Below the pieces are notes generated by a model, which saw only the letters and a list, made by a program, of their open reading frames with translations, had not been told where the DNA came from and did not search any database. Below, piece after piece: positions 27,570 through 42,314 of a stretch of 64,000 bases of DNA (its first letter is position 1; every line of letters starts with the position of its first letter). The stretch is from the human T2T-CHM13v2.0 reference genome, Homo sapiens, in NCBI RefSeq assembly GCF_009914755.1, contig NC_060938.1; one strand, written 5' to 3'. The position numbers were made by a program, and so were the translations under genes.

Positions 27570-27760
27570 ATCCTTAGAAGTTATTTAACTATCTAAGCTT
27601 CTTCTGACATTGAGGAAGGACACTGTAGTTCAGCAAGGTTAAATAGTAAAGTTAAATGCCAATAACCTTGGCACTAAGGTTAAGGCTCCACCATGAATGA
27701 GTGTCAGAGGTGAGAAAATAATCCGTATTTCTAGAGTTATATCCCAGTGCTCTTTAAACC
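27570..27760 (-). mobile_element. MIR fragment (degraded)
   Basis: 'gttcagcaaggttaaatag...tcagaggtgag...atcccagtgctcttt'. Confidence 0.4.
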
Positions 27761-28702
27761 AGTAACGGACTGCCAGGGAAACAGTGGCACAAGAGTAAGA
27801 ATGTAAGATGGTCACATGGGATCTGCATAAGTCATCTTTTATTATTACTTCCTTCCTCTTGCCAATTTCCAGAAAAACAATTTCTCTGTGAATAATGGAA
27901 AATTAAGTATTGAGCACAGTGATTGAAACTGAAGCCTCCAAACTTTCTTCACACACACACCAAAAATGAAATTAGTTTTTGGAAAATGGGTATAGTCATC
28001 ACAGAAAAATCACTTGTTCAATAATTTATTGTCCTAACTATATTCTCTCCCTTCTCTAGTATTGTACTTAAATATTCAGGTTTAAAATATACATTAATGT
28101 ATTTCAATATTTGTTATATAAGAAATATTTTATTTTGTCATTGTCCAGACATTAAAAGATCATGACTTATTATACTCAATGTGCCAAATCAAGTACAATT
28201 CACAATTAATGAATAGACTTTAGAAAAAAACAGCCATTTATTATGGATTTGGAGAAAAAGAACTGCTGAATGAATCAGGAAGAATGACAATTGCATTAAT
28301 TTTACTACACTTGGGATGTCACAAAGGCAGAAGGGCTTGTAAAACATTTAGTGGGCCGGTAAATATTTTTCTTCTATTTGTATGGTTGACTGGTAATATT
28401 TAATAAATTTGGCTTAAAGAGCCCCATGCTAAAAGCAGTAAAATGTAATATGAGGAGATAATAAGCCAACTAAAGCAAATTATTGCCAAGTAAGATAATT
28501 ATATTTAGGTTTAAATACATTTTATGCAATAAATTTATTACCATGTCACATTATTATAGGTTAATTAAATGTAGGGTAAATGCTTAGAAAATAAAGAATT
28601 TTTTCATGAAATTTAACATGTGTGACAATTTGATTGAATTAATAGAAGGAAAATATTTTCTTAAATAAGACCCATTTTTTTTGTTTTTATTTTTGTTTTT
28701 GT

Positions 28703-31700
28703 TTCCAAGATGGCTGACTGCAGACACTAGCTACTGGTTCTTCTCAGAAATAAAAACCAAAGTTACAGGTAAATGATCATGGCCAGAGTAGAATACTGAA
28801 GGAAGAGTTTCCGAACCTGTCAGAGAACCCATGGGATGAATCTGGGGTGCAGAAAAAGAAGGCAGCAAGAGTTTGGAAGCTAATGCCCCCTGAGGAACTT
28901 GTAATCCCATGAAAAGAGTAGGTTGGGTGTTTCTTTGCTCCCCTTCCACCTGCCCCAGATTGCTGACTGCCAAAATGGTGGTGAGCTCCTCTGCACCCCC
29001 AAGCCCAGGAACTGCTGCTGGTGGCCATTTGAGGAGTCCTTGGGAGCAGAGCATCAGGAGGCCAGTTCGCAAAGTTTCATTCACCCTCACGTCAAACCCA
29101 AGCTGAGGAGGTGGGCACTTTATTGGCTGTGTGCTGCCATTCTGCCCAGAGAATCTCAGCCCTTAATGTCTCCACGTGAGTTGATTTCCTGCAAACAACC
29201 CGGTAGAACCCACTGAGACCGTGGCAACTACAGGGGAACTGTCAAGACCCGGAGGTGCTGCAGGATTTCTGGAGGTCTTGCCCTCAACATGGGCTACCCC
29301 TAGGGGAAAGGGAATGCAGTGTGTCAGAGCACTCTTTGGTCAAAGAAAACGTTTGTGTACTCTCCCCTGCCTGAGAGTCCCTGCTTCTGAGCAGAAGGTG
29401 ACTGTGCCTTTACCTACTGGAGAAGAGAGTATGGTACCAGGCTCCAAAGGGGAGAAGTGAGGTTCTACCCCAGGTGACAGGTGGCACCAGTGACCAGGAA
29501 TGGACACGGAGAGGGAATATTTTGCCCCCTTATCCACTGGAATGGACACAATTTCGATCTTTCTGCTTGAAGTTGCTTCAGGGGTTTGCTTGAGAGTGCA
29601 CCCGAGGACAGTTTTCCAGGGCTATTGAAAGTGGCTGTACACCCACTGAAAGTTTTCCCCCGGCCCCTTCCTACACAGAGCAGAAGGATTCCTGTTGCGG
29701 AGTGTGGTCCAGCTGCAGAGCTGTCTTCTTTGGGCTAAGGAAAGATGTTCTGCCCCAGGACTATTTTGGCGGTAGCTGTGGGATGGAAATGTTCTGCAAA
29801 CATCAGTTCCGTTGCAACCTAGAGATAAAAACTGCCTATCTGAACTAAAGGCCAGGAGCCATGGAACAGGGTTATGATAGGAAAGTGGATTGCCTTCCTG
29901 CCTTCCTAGTGTATGTCGCTGGTGCACCTCCCTCTTCCACCGTATACCTTTGTGTATCTCACCATGAACTCTCCTTGCCATCCCCATTTGGGCCCATGCT
30001 TCCCATAGTCTTTGGAGTATCTAAGAGTGAGCCAGTTCTTACTCATAAGTGACAACTACTGGACTGGAGATTGAACTGAACATCCAAATGAAACATCTGT
30101 TGACAGAAGGCCTTCATGCTAGGGAATGAGATAAGCTTCCCAAGACCTCTGCACTTCCAGAACTAAAGAGGATAGTTAGTCTGCTTATATTCCCAAAACA
30201 TTGTTATTACAATCAGCATATGAGAAAGCCACTATGCAAAAGCTATCTATAAACAAGGGACTCATACAGAGCCTTCTCTATCTGAAAGCAGCTAGAATTG
30301 AAGCCAAACAATCATATACAACATAATTACAGTCATACCGTCAATTTGGGAAAATAAAAAAGTCCCATCAGAATGAAAGCAAGTTCAAAAATAAGAAGTG
30401 ATAGCTTCTCCAGACAGAGAAAAAATCTATGTAAAAACCTTGGCAATACAAAAACAAAAAAACAGTTAAACAATACTTTCTAGGAATCACACTACCTTTC
30501 CAGCAATGGAGGCTAACCAAAATGAAAATTCTGTTATTACAGATAAAGTATTCAAAATTTAGATTGCAAGGAAGCTCAGCAAGTCCCCGAGAAAGTTGAA
30601 AATCTATACAAATAAATCAGAGAAACAATTCAGGATATGAGTGAAAAATTTACTAAAAAGATCTAGATTGCAAAAATAGAACTGCTGGAAAGAAAAAAAA
30701 AATCACGGATGGAATTACTAATTATAATTGAAAGCTTTTTTGAGTAGACCAAGAAGAAAAAATTCAGAGCTTGAAGACTTGTCCTTTGGATGAAACTAGC
30801 CAGAAAAAAAATAATTAAAAATATAAACAAAGTCTTCAAAAATTTGGTCTTATGCAAAGCAAACAAACCTATGAGATATAGGCATTCCTGAAGGAAAACA
30901 AAATTGAAAAGCTTGGAAAACATATATGACTGTATAATTTAGCAAAACTTCCCTGGTCTAGCTAGAGAATTAGACATCAAGATACAAGAAGCTCAGAAAA
31001 CACATGAAAGATTCTGTGAAAGAAAAACATTATAAAGGCATATAATCATCAGACTATCCAAAGTAAATGTGAAAAACTAAACTATTGAAAGCTACAAGAG
31101 AGGAGTTTGTCTAATTACCTATAAAGCAAATGCCATCAGACTAACTGGAGACTTCTCAGCAGAAACCTTACAAGCTAGAAGAGATTGAGGCCTATTTTCA
31201 GCCTGCTTAAAAAAAAAAAATACACCCACCAGCCAAGAGTGCTCTATCCTGCCAAACTAAGATTCATGTATGTAAGAGGAAATAAGGACTTTCCCTGAGA
31301 AGCAAAGGCTAAGATAATGTGTCATCACTAGATTGAACCTATAAGAAATGGTCAAAGGAATTCTAAACATGGAAATGAAAGGAAATATATGCCTCCTAAA
31401 AGTCCATGAAAATACAAAGGTCACAGATCCAAAGCAATTACACAATTGAGACTACAAAGCATCTGCATGACAGCTAACATTTGATAGGAACAAGCCCCTT
31501 ACATATAAATATTAACCTTGAACATAAATAATTGTTCCACATAAAAATATAGAATGATGATGGAGTTTATAAAAAAAACAAGCTTTCTTCAAGAAACCTA
31601 AGTTGTAAGAACATTTTCAGTCTCAAAAAATATGGTGGAAAAGATATTCCATCCAAAAAGAAACCAAAAATGAGTAGGGATAGTTATATTTATATTAGAT

Positions 31701-33292
31701 AAAGCAGACTTTAAACCACCAACACTACAAAACAGACAAATAATGTCATGATATAATGATAAAGGGTTCAATTCAACAAGAAGATAGAATAATTCTAATT
31801 ATATGTCCACCCAACACCAGAGCACCCAGATTCATAAAGCAAATACTACTAGACCTAAGAAAAGAGACAGACATAAATCTAATAATACTAGGGGACTTCA
31901 ACACCACACTGACATCACTAAACAGATTATTGAGGCAGAAAATCAACAAAGAAATTCTGAACTTAAACTGGACTCTAGACAAATGGACCTAATAAACATT
32001 TACAGAACATTCTATGCAACAACTGCAGAACACACATTTTTGTCATCTGTGCATTGAACATTCTACACAATAGACCATATACTTGGCCATAAAGCGAGTC
32101 TCAATAAATTTTAAAAAAATCAAAATCAGATTGAGTATCTACTTGGACAACAATGGATAAAACTAGAAATAAATATCAAGAGCAATTTCTCAACACTACA
32201 CAAGTAGATAGAAATTAAACAATATGCTCCTGAATGATCTTTGAATAAATAATGAAATCATGGCAGAAATTAAAAAAATCTGAAACAAATGAAAATAAAG
32301 ACAAACATACCAAATCCTCTGGGATACAGAAAAGGCAGTGCTAAAATAAAAGTTTATAGTGTTAAATGCCTACAACAGAAGTATAGAAAGATTTCCAATT
32401 AAGAAACTCATGTTACAATAAAAAAAAGCATTCAATAAAATACAACATGATAAAAACTCTAAACAAACTAGGTATCAAAGGAACACCTTAAAATAATAAA
32501 AGCCATATATGACAAACCCACAGCCAACATCATACTGAACAAGGAAAATTTGAAAGCATTCCACCTAACAACTGGAACAAGACAAAGATGTTCACTTTTA
32601 ACACCTCTATTCAATATAGTACTGTAAGTCCTAGTCAGAGCAATCAGGCAAGAGAAAAAAAAATGTAAAGCATCCAAATTGGAAAAGAGGAGGTCAAATT
32701 ATTTCTGTTTGCTGATGACATAATCTTATAACTAGAAAACCCTAAAGAGTCCTCCAAAAATCTTCTAGATTTGATCAATGACTTTAGCAAAGTTTTAGAA
32801 CACAAAATAAATGTACAATAATGTAGCATTTCTATACACTGATAGTGTTCAAGCTGAGAAGCACATTAAGAACTCATTCTCATCTACAATGGCTATAAAA
32901 AAATTTTAAAAACTTACATTTAACCAAGAAGGTGAAAAATCTCTACAAGACACTGATGAAAAAAATCACAGATGATACAAACAGAGACACAACCCCATTC
33001 TTATGGATTGAAAGAATCTATATCATGAAAATGACTTTAATGATCAAAGCAATCTATAGATTCAACACAATTTGTATTAAATTATCAACATGATTTTTTA
33101 TAGACTTAGAAAAAAATACTTAAGTTAATTCAGAATCAACAAGAGCCTGAATAGCCAAAGCAATTCTCAGAAAAAAAAGAAAAAAGCAGGAGGCATCACA
33201 TTTCCTGAATTTGAATCATACTACAAAATGAAAGTAAACAAAATAGTGTGGTACTGGTATGCATACAGACACATAGATCAAGAGAACAGAAT
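28703..33292 (+). mobile_element. L1 of L1PB/early-L1MA age: 5'UTR, decayed ORF1 and partial ORF2, internal deletion at ~32420, 3' end missing
   Basis: Starts 'ttccaagatggctgac' (YY1 site); relatively GC-rich 5'UTR to ~30300; ORF1-like sequence ~30400-31400; ORF 31756-31992 has the endonuclease GDFN motif; ends at 'acatagatcaagagaacagaata' with no 3'UTR or poly(A). Confidence 0.9.
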
Positions 33293-33324
33293 ATTCAATT
33301 CACAAAAGTTAACAATTATGGTAT

Positions 33325-33455
33325 TCCCATAACGTAAATGAGAAAACTGACCTTTGGGAATTTAAACATGTTGCCTAATTTTCACAGTTAAGAAATGATG
33401 GAGTTAGGTTTCAAAGTGACATTGTTTGGGTCTGGAGTTCATATCTTTATGCTAT
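33325..33455 (-). mobile_element. MIR fragment
   Basis: 'aatgagaaaactga...ttgcctaattttcacagttaagaaatgatggagttaggtttcaaa'. Confidence 0.65.
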
Positions 33456-33789
33456 GCAATGATATATCTTCATTTGCGTGTATATGTAGGTATACATACA
33501 CACATGTTTCATTAACATCTATGCTTGGTTCTTCTTCTGCTTTGTTATTTTAATTCAATGGTTCATTTACATACATATACATGAAGCATACAGGTATATT
33601 TATGCACAGATATATACATGTGTTTATGTGTATATATATATAATTGTTGATATCAGTATAATTATTATGTCATAATATCTAATAAGGTTACTCCTCACAT
33701 TATTTATTATTTTTACACATATTTCTTGATTATCCTCAGGCAATCCTAATTAATTTGAAGACATTTTTATCCCTTGTGACATTGGTCAA

Positions 33790-34225
33790 TCAAAAATCCT
33801 TTGTTTCTTCTCTATCCCTCTACTTTCATGGGGAAGGAGCCACTATTTGAATTCGTTTACCATAAATTATTCTTGTACTTGACTTCTTGTGCTCAATACA
33901 ATGTACTTGAGAGTCATCCATTCATGTTGTCCTAAGTATTAGTAGTTTGTTTTTTTATGTATGTTTACATTTCTAGCTGTTTATCAGATTTATCTATTTA
34001 CATATATGTATTTGTTTACTTATTTGTTTTAAATGTATTCCATTCTGTGAATATAATACTATGTTTGTATCTATTCTCCTCTCCTCCTGATAACAGGCAT
34101 TTTAATTATTTTTGGTTTGCCATTCTTCCATAAGTCTTTTTGTAGACATAATATCTTAGTCTTCAGTAAATAACAAGAAATGGCAATGATAAGTCATAGG
34201 ATAAGTATGTAGTTTGGTTTAGAAA
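33790..34225 (-). mobile_element. L1ME-type 3' fragment
   Basis: 'cttgagagtcatccattcatgttg...gtattccattctgtgaatata'. Confidence 0.55.
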
Positions 34226-34234
34226 TTATTGACT

Positions 34235-34600
34235 TCATCAGATGTAGAGATCCAATGCTTAGATTTTACTAGATATTACTTCAATAGATGAGCTGCCATG
34301 AGTAGTACAGGTAGCTTAGAGCATCCAGCTGCAGCATTTTGAGGAATCATCAGGGCATTTGAGCAAAGGCCATGCTTTCTACAGGCAGCCCTCCCATGAC
34401 GATTGAGCACACTAGATCCTGCTGAGTCAGCCTTTCCTCCTGGACTACTCAGTTTTATCACTGAGACTTCCTTAGATCTATATCACAACCTGAGATTCTT
34501 CCTACACATCCTCCTGTCCTTTCACATATTAGTGTCACACGAGTAGCATGGTCTGAAGACTTTCTCACTCCTGGCAACTATCCCTTTACCTTCCATAGTT
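34235..34600 (+). mobile_element. LTR16A-like ERVL LTR remnant
   Basis: 'gcaaaggccatgctttctacaggcagcc...atgacgattgagcac...gagacttccttagatctatatcacaacctgag...ggtctgaag'. Confidence 0.55.
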
Positions 34601-36436
34601 GCAGTGGGGGCATAAGCCTGTCATTACCTTCTGTATCTCACTCTAAAATAAAATTATATTTATTTGTTTGTTTGTAAGTATGTATTTCTGATATTCTAAG
34701 TCACTGTTAACATGTATTGCCTAATAATTTTATAGATGAATCATTAGAAATTTAAGTGTCTGTTTTTCTTTCTTAAAATGAGAAAAGTAATTAATAGCCA
34801 CCCTCAATATCACACTACTACTTTTTTAGCAGAATATTGAAAACAGTTTATATCTTACTTCATTTCTAGTCTATTATTTATTCATTGTATTGCTGACATA
34901 AATATTTTAAGAGAAAAAAGGATCAAAGATTTGCATTATTAGGAAAATACTTTGTTAGATTTTTGTCAATTACTGGAGAAAGCTGTATTAACCAATCATT
35001 TAAGTTAGTGCTTATGATGATAATTGCATTTCTTTAATAATAGAAAATACAGAAATTGTCTAGTTCTGTTTCCCATATGTAATGCCTTCTGTTCTGACAG
35101 TATGATGCTAAATCTGTAGTACATTGGGGCATTATTATGTTGTTCTGTTCATTTTTTTCTTACTCAGTTTTGCTTTAGAAATCATATAATTTATACTAAA
35201 AATAATGTTTCATGCCATTTAATATTTACAATTGTTAGTATTATTGATGCTACTTCTCATAATTACAATTTGAGATATTTACTATAAGATTATTTAATTT
35301 TTAAAAATCCAGTTTCTAGTCAATGAAGATGATGCTCAATGAGGGCTGGACCTAATATTTCTTTCAGAATATGAGTAATATTTATTGGCAATCACCTATA
35401 AATTATTTCATGTAATATGAGCTATTATTCTACATTAATTCAAATATTTCATATGAGAATTGCAGATTAACTTTTGCCTCGTTATATCCCCTTTTATGTA
35501 AAATGAAGAAAATTTTGTTCTGCCACAATTTTACTTCTCCTGTTCTTTTGTATTTTCTTTTTCTTGTTTTCTTTGCTGGTTTCTCTTCAGCTCACTTACA
35601 TCTAATTTTTTGTAATCTGAATTTGGTCTCCTCGTGACATGATGTAAAGGATTTTCAGTTTGAGGTCTCTACCCCTGCCTGTCCCTTGAACTTTAAACTA
35701 ATATGTTATGAGTACTTGTCTCTCTTAGATCTTCAACCTAACTTATTCAAACCAGATGATTCATTTTTCATGCAGACGTGCTCCCCGAATTGTCTTCTCC
35801 ATTCAAGTAAATTACAACTTCGTTCTTCTAGATACTCAGGACAGCAACTGTGGAGTCATTTTAATTTCTCTCATTTCATTTTTTTTTCAGAGTGCACCGC
35901 AAATTGTGTTAAGTGCATCTTCAAATCTGTTCTACTTAATGCTTCCATAATTAAGATCCTGGATCAACATCGTATTATTGCAAGAGGATATTCCTACTAA
36001 AGGATCTTCCAACTTCTACACTTTCCTGCCACTACTTCCCCAAATCTGTTCTCAATACAAAAAGTGGGATGATTCTTCCCTAAATTAAGTCACATAATAT
36101 CATTATTCTGACAAAATACAACTAATGGTTTCCCATCTCATTTAGAGTAAATCCAGCAATTGCTTCTGTTATAGCTTTGCTTTAATTTTCTGTTGTTCTC
36201 CCTTCTCTCACAGAATTTGGCTTACATTGCTTACGCAGGCCTCCTGATCCTCACGATATTTCAGGCATGTGCTTGTTTTAGGGGCTTTCGGACTTCTGTA
36301 ACCTCTGCTTAAAATGTCCTTTCCAGGTGTCCACATGTCCATATGGTTTGCGCAACTCCTTCAGACTTCTGCTCTTCACCTTCTCTTAACTTGGTAATCC
36401 ATAGTAAATCTGTTTTTCTTTCATAAAGAAAGTCTG

Positions 36437-36803
<367 letters not shown>

Positions 36804-36925
36804 TTACAGACAGAAAACTTAAGATCAGATATTATAAATATTTTAGAGTAATTGATGGAAAATATGTTCAAAGAATTAAAGACAAATGCATGCAAAAACT
36901 AAAGAAAAGTATATTTTTGATGAGT

Positions 36926-36962
36926 GAGACAGAGCAAGACTCCGTCTCAAAAAAAAAAAAAC
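36926..36962 (+). mobile_element. Orphan Alu 3' terminus with poly(A)
   Basis: 'gacagagcaagactccgtctcaaaaaaaaaaaa' fused to an L1M ORF1-like fragment (36775-36925). Confidence 0.85.
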
Positions 36963-37229
36963 AACTCCATACATGGACACACACACAAACATATAAACAT
37001 TTAATTAATATTTTTGAATGAATGTATAGTTTCCTATTTATAGCCTTACAAAACTTTTAACTTGAAGAAATTAAACACTGGGTGAATTTTCTAAATGTAA
37101 CATCTATTTGAGAATTAACAAAAACACGTTTGAGGTTATAGAAATTATTTAATTCTGAAAAAGAATCACTTTAGCACATAAAATAAGTGATTTTTTTACT
37201 GCTTTAAAAGAATTTATCGCTACTCCTTT

Positions 37230-38670
37230 TATTTTGTTTTTGTTCTTTTCAGCTTACTAAGACATAATTGACAAATACAAATTGCATATATTAAAGATAT
37301 ACATAATTATCTGATATACATATACATTATGAAATTATTTGTACAATCAAATTAATATAGTAATTACCACATTTAGTTGCCATTCCCTTGTATATCTGCA
37401 TGTGTGTGCAGTGAGGACACTTAAGACCTACTGTCTTAATAAATTTTGAGTAAACAATACATTATTATTAACTATAGTCACTATCCTGTATATTAGACCT
37501 CCAGAACTTATTCATCTTATAAGCAAAATTTGTACTCTTTCGACATTTCCTGTTTCCTCTATCCTCCATCCTGTCAATAGCTGTTTTATTCTCTGATTCT
37601 ATGAGTTTGACTTTTAAAAAATTCCACATATAAATGAGATCATGCATTACTTTTCTTTCAGTGTCTGACTTATTTCAGCTAACAAAATATCTTTCATAAT
37701 ATTGTTGCTAATAACAGGATTTCCTTCTTATAATATTCCAGTGTATGAATATACCACCTATTCCTTATCCACTCATCTATCAATGAACACTTAGATTGTT
37801 TATGCATTTTGGATATTACTAATAATGTTGCAGTAGAAATGAGGATGTAGATACTTATTTAAGATACATATTTCATTTTCTTTACGTTTATATCCAGAAG
37901 TAAAATTGCTGGAATGCATGGTTGTTCTATTTACATTTTTTAGCAATCTTCATATTGTTTTCTTTAAAATGCTTTTACAATGAACATTCCCACCAAAAAT
38001 GTACAAGCCTTCTATTTTCTACTCATCCTTAACAATGCTTTTTATCTCTTGTCTTGTTGATAATAGCTATCCTAATATGTGTCATATCTCACTTTGAATT
38101 TGTTTTCTATTTACTCATTGATTAGTTATGTTGACCACCTTTTCATATACCTGGCGGCCACTTGTATATCTTTGGAAAATTTTACATGGAGATCCTTAAT
38201 TCATTTTAATAGAGTTATTTGTTTTGTTGCTATTGAGTTGTGTGTGATCTTTATATATTTTGGATATTAACCCCTTGACAAATATACTGTTTCCAAATAT
38301 TTTCTCACATTACTTAGGTTGCCTTTTTAGTTTTTATTTTTTTGTTTTCTTTGCTGTGGAGAAGCTTTTTAGTTTGATGCAATTCCACTTGCTTATGTTT
38401 GCTTTCATTGCCTATGCTTTTGGTGTTATATCCATGACATAATTGCCAAGGTCAAGGTCAAGGAGGTTTTTGTTGTATGATTTCCACAAGGATTTTTACA
38501 GTTTTAGGTTTTACACTAAATATTTAAATAATTTCAAGTTTATTTTTGTATATGTTTTAAGATATGAGTTTAATTTCATTCCTTTGCATGTAAATATCCT
38601 GTTTTGCCAACACTATTTATTGAAGACCATATTTTCCTTATTGTCTATTCTTGACACTCTCATCAAATAT
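37230..38670 (-). mobile_element. L1MA8/9-like 5'-truncated L1
   Basis: 'gacataattgacaaatacaaattgcatata...actatagtcactatcctgtatattagacctccagaacttattcatc' diagnostic of L1MA 3' ends. Confidence 0.9.
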
Positions 38671-40542
38671 ACAACAACGAAGTTATGCTGAAAACAGGGT
38701 CTTCACAGCAGTGGTTATGGCATTACGAACACAAAAAATAAATACAGGTTATTGTTTACATAAGTTCTGATCCATACATATAGGGCCATTAAAAATAAAA
38801 ATATTATATCACTGAGTTTTATCATAAAATGCCATCATTCCCATTGATGATAACACACCTAATACATAATCACATTTCAAGTTATGTGAGAATGTCCTGG
38901 CATGAGAAGAAGGTGGTTTAATTTTTTTTTTAGATGTAAGGAAACAAAAAGATAATAATGAAGGTGGGTTTATTATAATTGTTAAACTACTGTTACCGAA
39001 TAGTGTTTACATTTTATTTTGATTCTGTTCACTTAGGCAAATAAAAAATATTTATAATATTAAATTAAAAAGTTTATGCAACTAAAATGCATTTTACTGA
39101 GAAAATGTTGTAGAAAAATAATATTCTATTTCCAGGATCAAAAATAAATTATGTTTTTATAATATCCACTGAACTATGAAGATCTTGTGTGTAATTTCAT
39201 ATCATAAAATATAACCTAAACTAAGAATTCCAAGACTCATATTCTGTTAAAAGATAAGCTAGAATTTCATAGTTTTGGTTTTGCTTTGTATGTAATTTTC
39301 TCTCAGTGTACTAAAATAGCACTTATAGTTAATAAGAAAATAATGACATTTAATTCTGTTGCCTTTTAATTGGTTTCCTTTTAGAGCTTTAATTTGCAAC
39401 TTGTAAATTGCCTTGATACATGTGAAAGTGTCTATTCCTTAGGTAATTTGATTTTTCAAAGTTGTACTTGATGACTATTCACTAATGGTGCTATCTTTTT
39501 AAATGATAAATATTGTTCTTTGATATTATAGAAAGCATGCCTATTTCAGAAAATTGCTTAAAATGAAAAGGGATACTTTCTATACATATGAAAAACTTAC
39601 TTTCAAAATTTTGATAGCCTCTGTTTAAAATTAATCTGTGGAGTTTTCCTGTGTGATTACTCCTTCAATGAGCGATCATTGACCATCAGTATGGTGGCCA
39701 GTAACTTTTTGTTACCCTTGCCCTTAGCCTTACCCTTTTACCCTTGTCATTTCTCTTATTCTTCTTTCATTAATCTATTTTTGAAGAGGGTGAATTACTG
39801 TTAAATATTCTTTTGAGAAACTTGGAGTAACATTTTACTTTACAAGATGCTTGTCAATAAGCTGATTAGTGTTCAGACTAAATTGATAATTTTTGTAAAG
39901 CCTGTGATTGTTTCAAAATAATCTTTTGTTTGGCAGTTTTGCTTAAGTACTGACATGGTTCTCCAGAGAAGATTCTATCAAAAGAGAAGAAAGTAGCTCA
40001 CAGAATATATATCATAAGAATGTGGAGAGAATGTAGGCTATTTCCATTTCTATTGCCTAGGAACAGAAAAAATATAGTCTGTTTCTAAGAAATTCTGCTT
40101 CCTTAGTTGCTCACAGCCCTGTGACTTATTTTGGGGAACAAAAGTGAGTACACAAAAAATTACTTGGGATGTCTTATTTTGACCAAAAATTGTTTGTGTT
40201 AATCTGGTCCTCATATTTGTGGACAATCATGCTAGGTACTTTTAATCACTTTGAAATTGTTTGCCTTTGAAAAGACACTAGCCATGGCAAGTGACAAATT
40301 TCCAGTAGTTAGAGTAAGTCCATGACCAAAAGACGTGTCACTGATACCTTTATTAATCTTTTCTCCATTCTTAATTAGTAGAATATACAATATACCGAAA
40401 AATTGCCCCCAACAGGTAAAAAAAAAAAACACATCAATTTAAACATAGATGTAGACTAAATTAAACTTCTTATGAAAACGAATATTTCTGAAGAGAATTC
40501 TCTATATTTAACCTTTAAATTTCTATAAAAACATCATACAAG

Positions 40543-40577
40543 CACATACACACACACACACACAAACACACAAACAC
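40543..40577. repeat. (CA)n microsatellite
   Basis: Seen directly. Confidence 0.9.
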
Positions 40578-40953
40578 CTACTTTTCCTTGTAGATTAGAA
40601 GGAGTATGAAATTGGGGAGTAAAAAATTATTGCTCTTAGTTCAATATGGGCTAACCTAAAGATAGGAAATTTTAAGTGATCTTTTGATTCACTGTATTCA
40701 GAAGATCTTGAAAAACTTACTTAGCAAACTGAAATTGTGTCTGGATCTCTTCTCAATGCAATAAAGCAAATATATATTTTGTTTGAAGACAATTTTAACT
40801 TTCAAATGCCTTCCTTTTTATATCACTATTACAAGCTTACTTTTTATCTTTTTGTAAATTATCCCTAACGTCTTTAAATATATAGTGATATATGTTGATG
40901 TTTGTAATAATAAAAGCATTCTTGGATTTTATTTTACCCAACATAGCTTAGCT

Positions 40954-41444
40954 TAGGGATCCCCAGCCCCTGGGCCACAGAACAGGAGGTGAGAGGCTGG
41001 CAAGCCAGTAAAGCTTCATCTGTATTTACAGCCACTTCCCATCACTCGCATTACCACCTGAGATCCACCTACTGTCAAATCAGCCTTGGCATTAGATTCT
41101 TATAGGAGTGCAAACCCTATTGTGAACTAGTCATGCAGGTGATCTAGGTTGCATGCTCCTTATGACAATCTGATGCCTGATGATCAGTCACTGTCTCCCA
41201 TCGCCACCAGAAGGGACCATCTAAGTTGCAGAAAAATAAGTTCAGAGCTCCCACTAATTCTATATTATGGTGAGTTATATAATTATTTTATTATTATATT
41301 ACAATGCAATAATAATATAAATAAAATGCACAATAAACATGTGCTTGAATCATCCCAAAACCATCCCCACCCCCACCTCAGTTCGTGGAAAAAGGTGTCT
41401 TCCATGAAACCAGTCCCTGGTACCAAAAAGGGTGGGGACTGCTG
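40954..41444 (+). mobile_element. MER1A (hAT-Charlie non-autonomous DNA transposon)
   Basis: Terminal inverted repeats 'tagggatcccca...' and '...tggggactgctg'; 8-bp TSD GCTTAGCT/CCTTAGCT (7/8 match); characteristic 'aagcttcatctgtatttacagcc' body. Confidence 0.93.
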
Positions 41445-42314
41445 CCTTAGCTAGTATATAGGCCAACTTAGAAAAGAAATCAGAAACGACTGTAAAAATA
41501 ATAATTTTTAAAAGTAATTAAATTAAAATCAGTTGTCAGAAAATAAATATTGTGTTTGTTCCTATAATAGGTAAGTTCACTCACTGGCAAATAGTTTACT
41601 TGTATTTCACTTTTGAGTGATTTAGCTTACCACTTTCAGGGCTTATGCAATTAATATTAATTTTTATATTATGTAAGTATGTTAAAAATGTGTTTGTAGA
41701 ACTTGGATTACAAAATATTATACAGTATATATTTTATTTGATTAGGTGTTCATTAATCTTCACATTTACACTTTGTAAGGAGGAGATACTATCAGTTTAA
41801 AGATAGGAAAATACAACATACATATAATTTTTTATTTACATGCATAATTAGGTACACAAGATGACCAATAGTCAGCACTAAGGTTACTGTGTTTAAAGAA
41901 AAATAAAAATGCAAAGGTATATAAATTAAAATGAAATAATCTCTCTACCATGCAAAACCCTTTCATCTCTTCCCACACTCTCCCAACCTAGACACACACA
42001 CATACACACACAACTGTGCATCTGTGTGAACTGTGAACCAACATTAATTACTTAGTGGTTTCCACCCCAGAATATTTACCATACTCACATGTTTTCTTTG
42101 CTTTATTTAAGTATAATTTAAATATATCTGACAACCATCTAGACAAGCATAGAGTTGATAAAAGCATTTTAACCATAATAAAGAGCCCTTACAAATTAAA
42201 AAAGAAAATAAATCAAATTAACAATAAATAATCCAATAAATAATACAAATCTGAAAAAACAATAAAACTTACTTATTTTAAAGGTACAGTTTGATCACAT
42301 TTTGTAATGGCACA

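Noticed and set aside
28731-30052. GC-richer, ORF-dense stretch as a gene or CpG-island promoter
   Set aside because: It is the L1 5'UTR; CpGs are depleted and the ORFs follow from the higher GC content
21562-33292. 32420-33292 as a local segmental duplicate of 21562-22452
   Set aside because: Same consensus interval but many differences and distinct subfamily-type bases, so these are independent insertions
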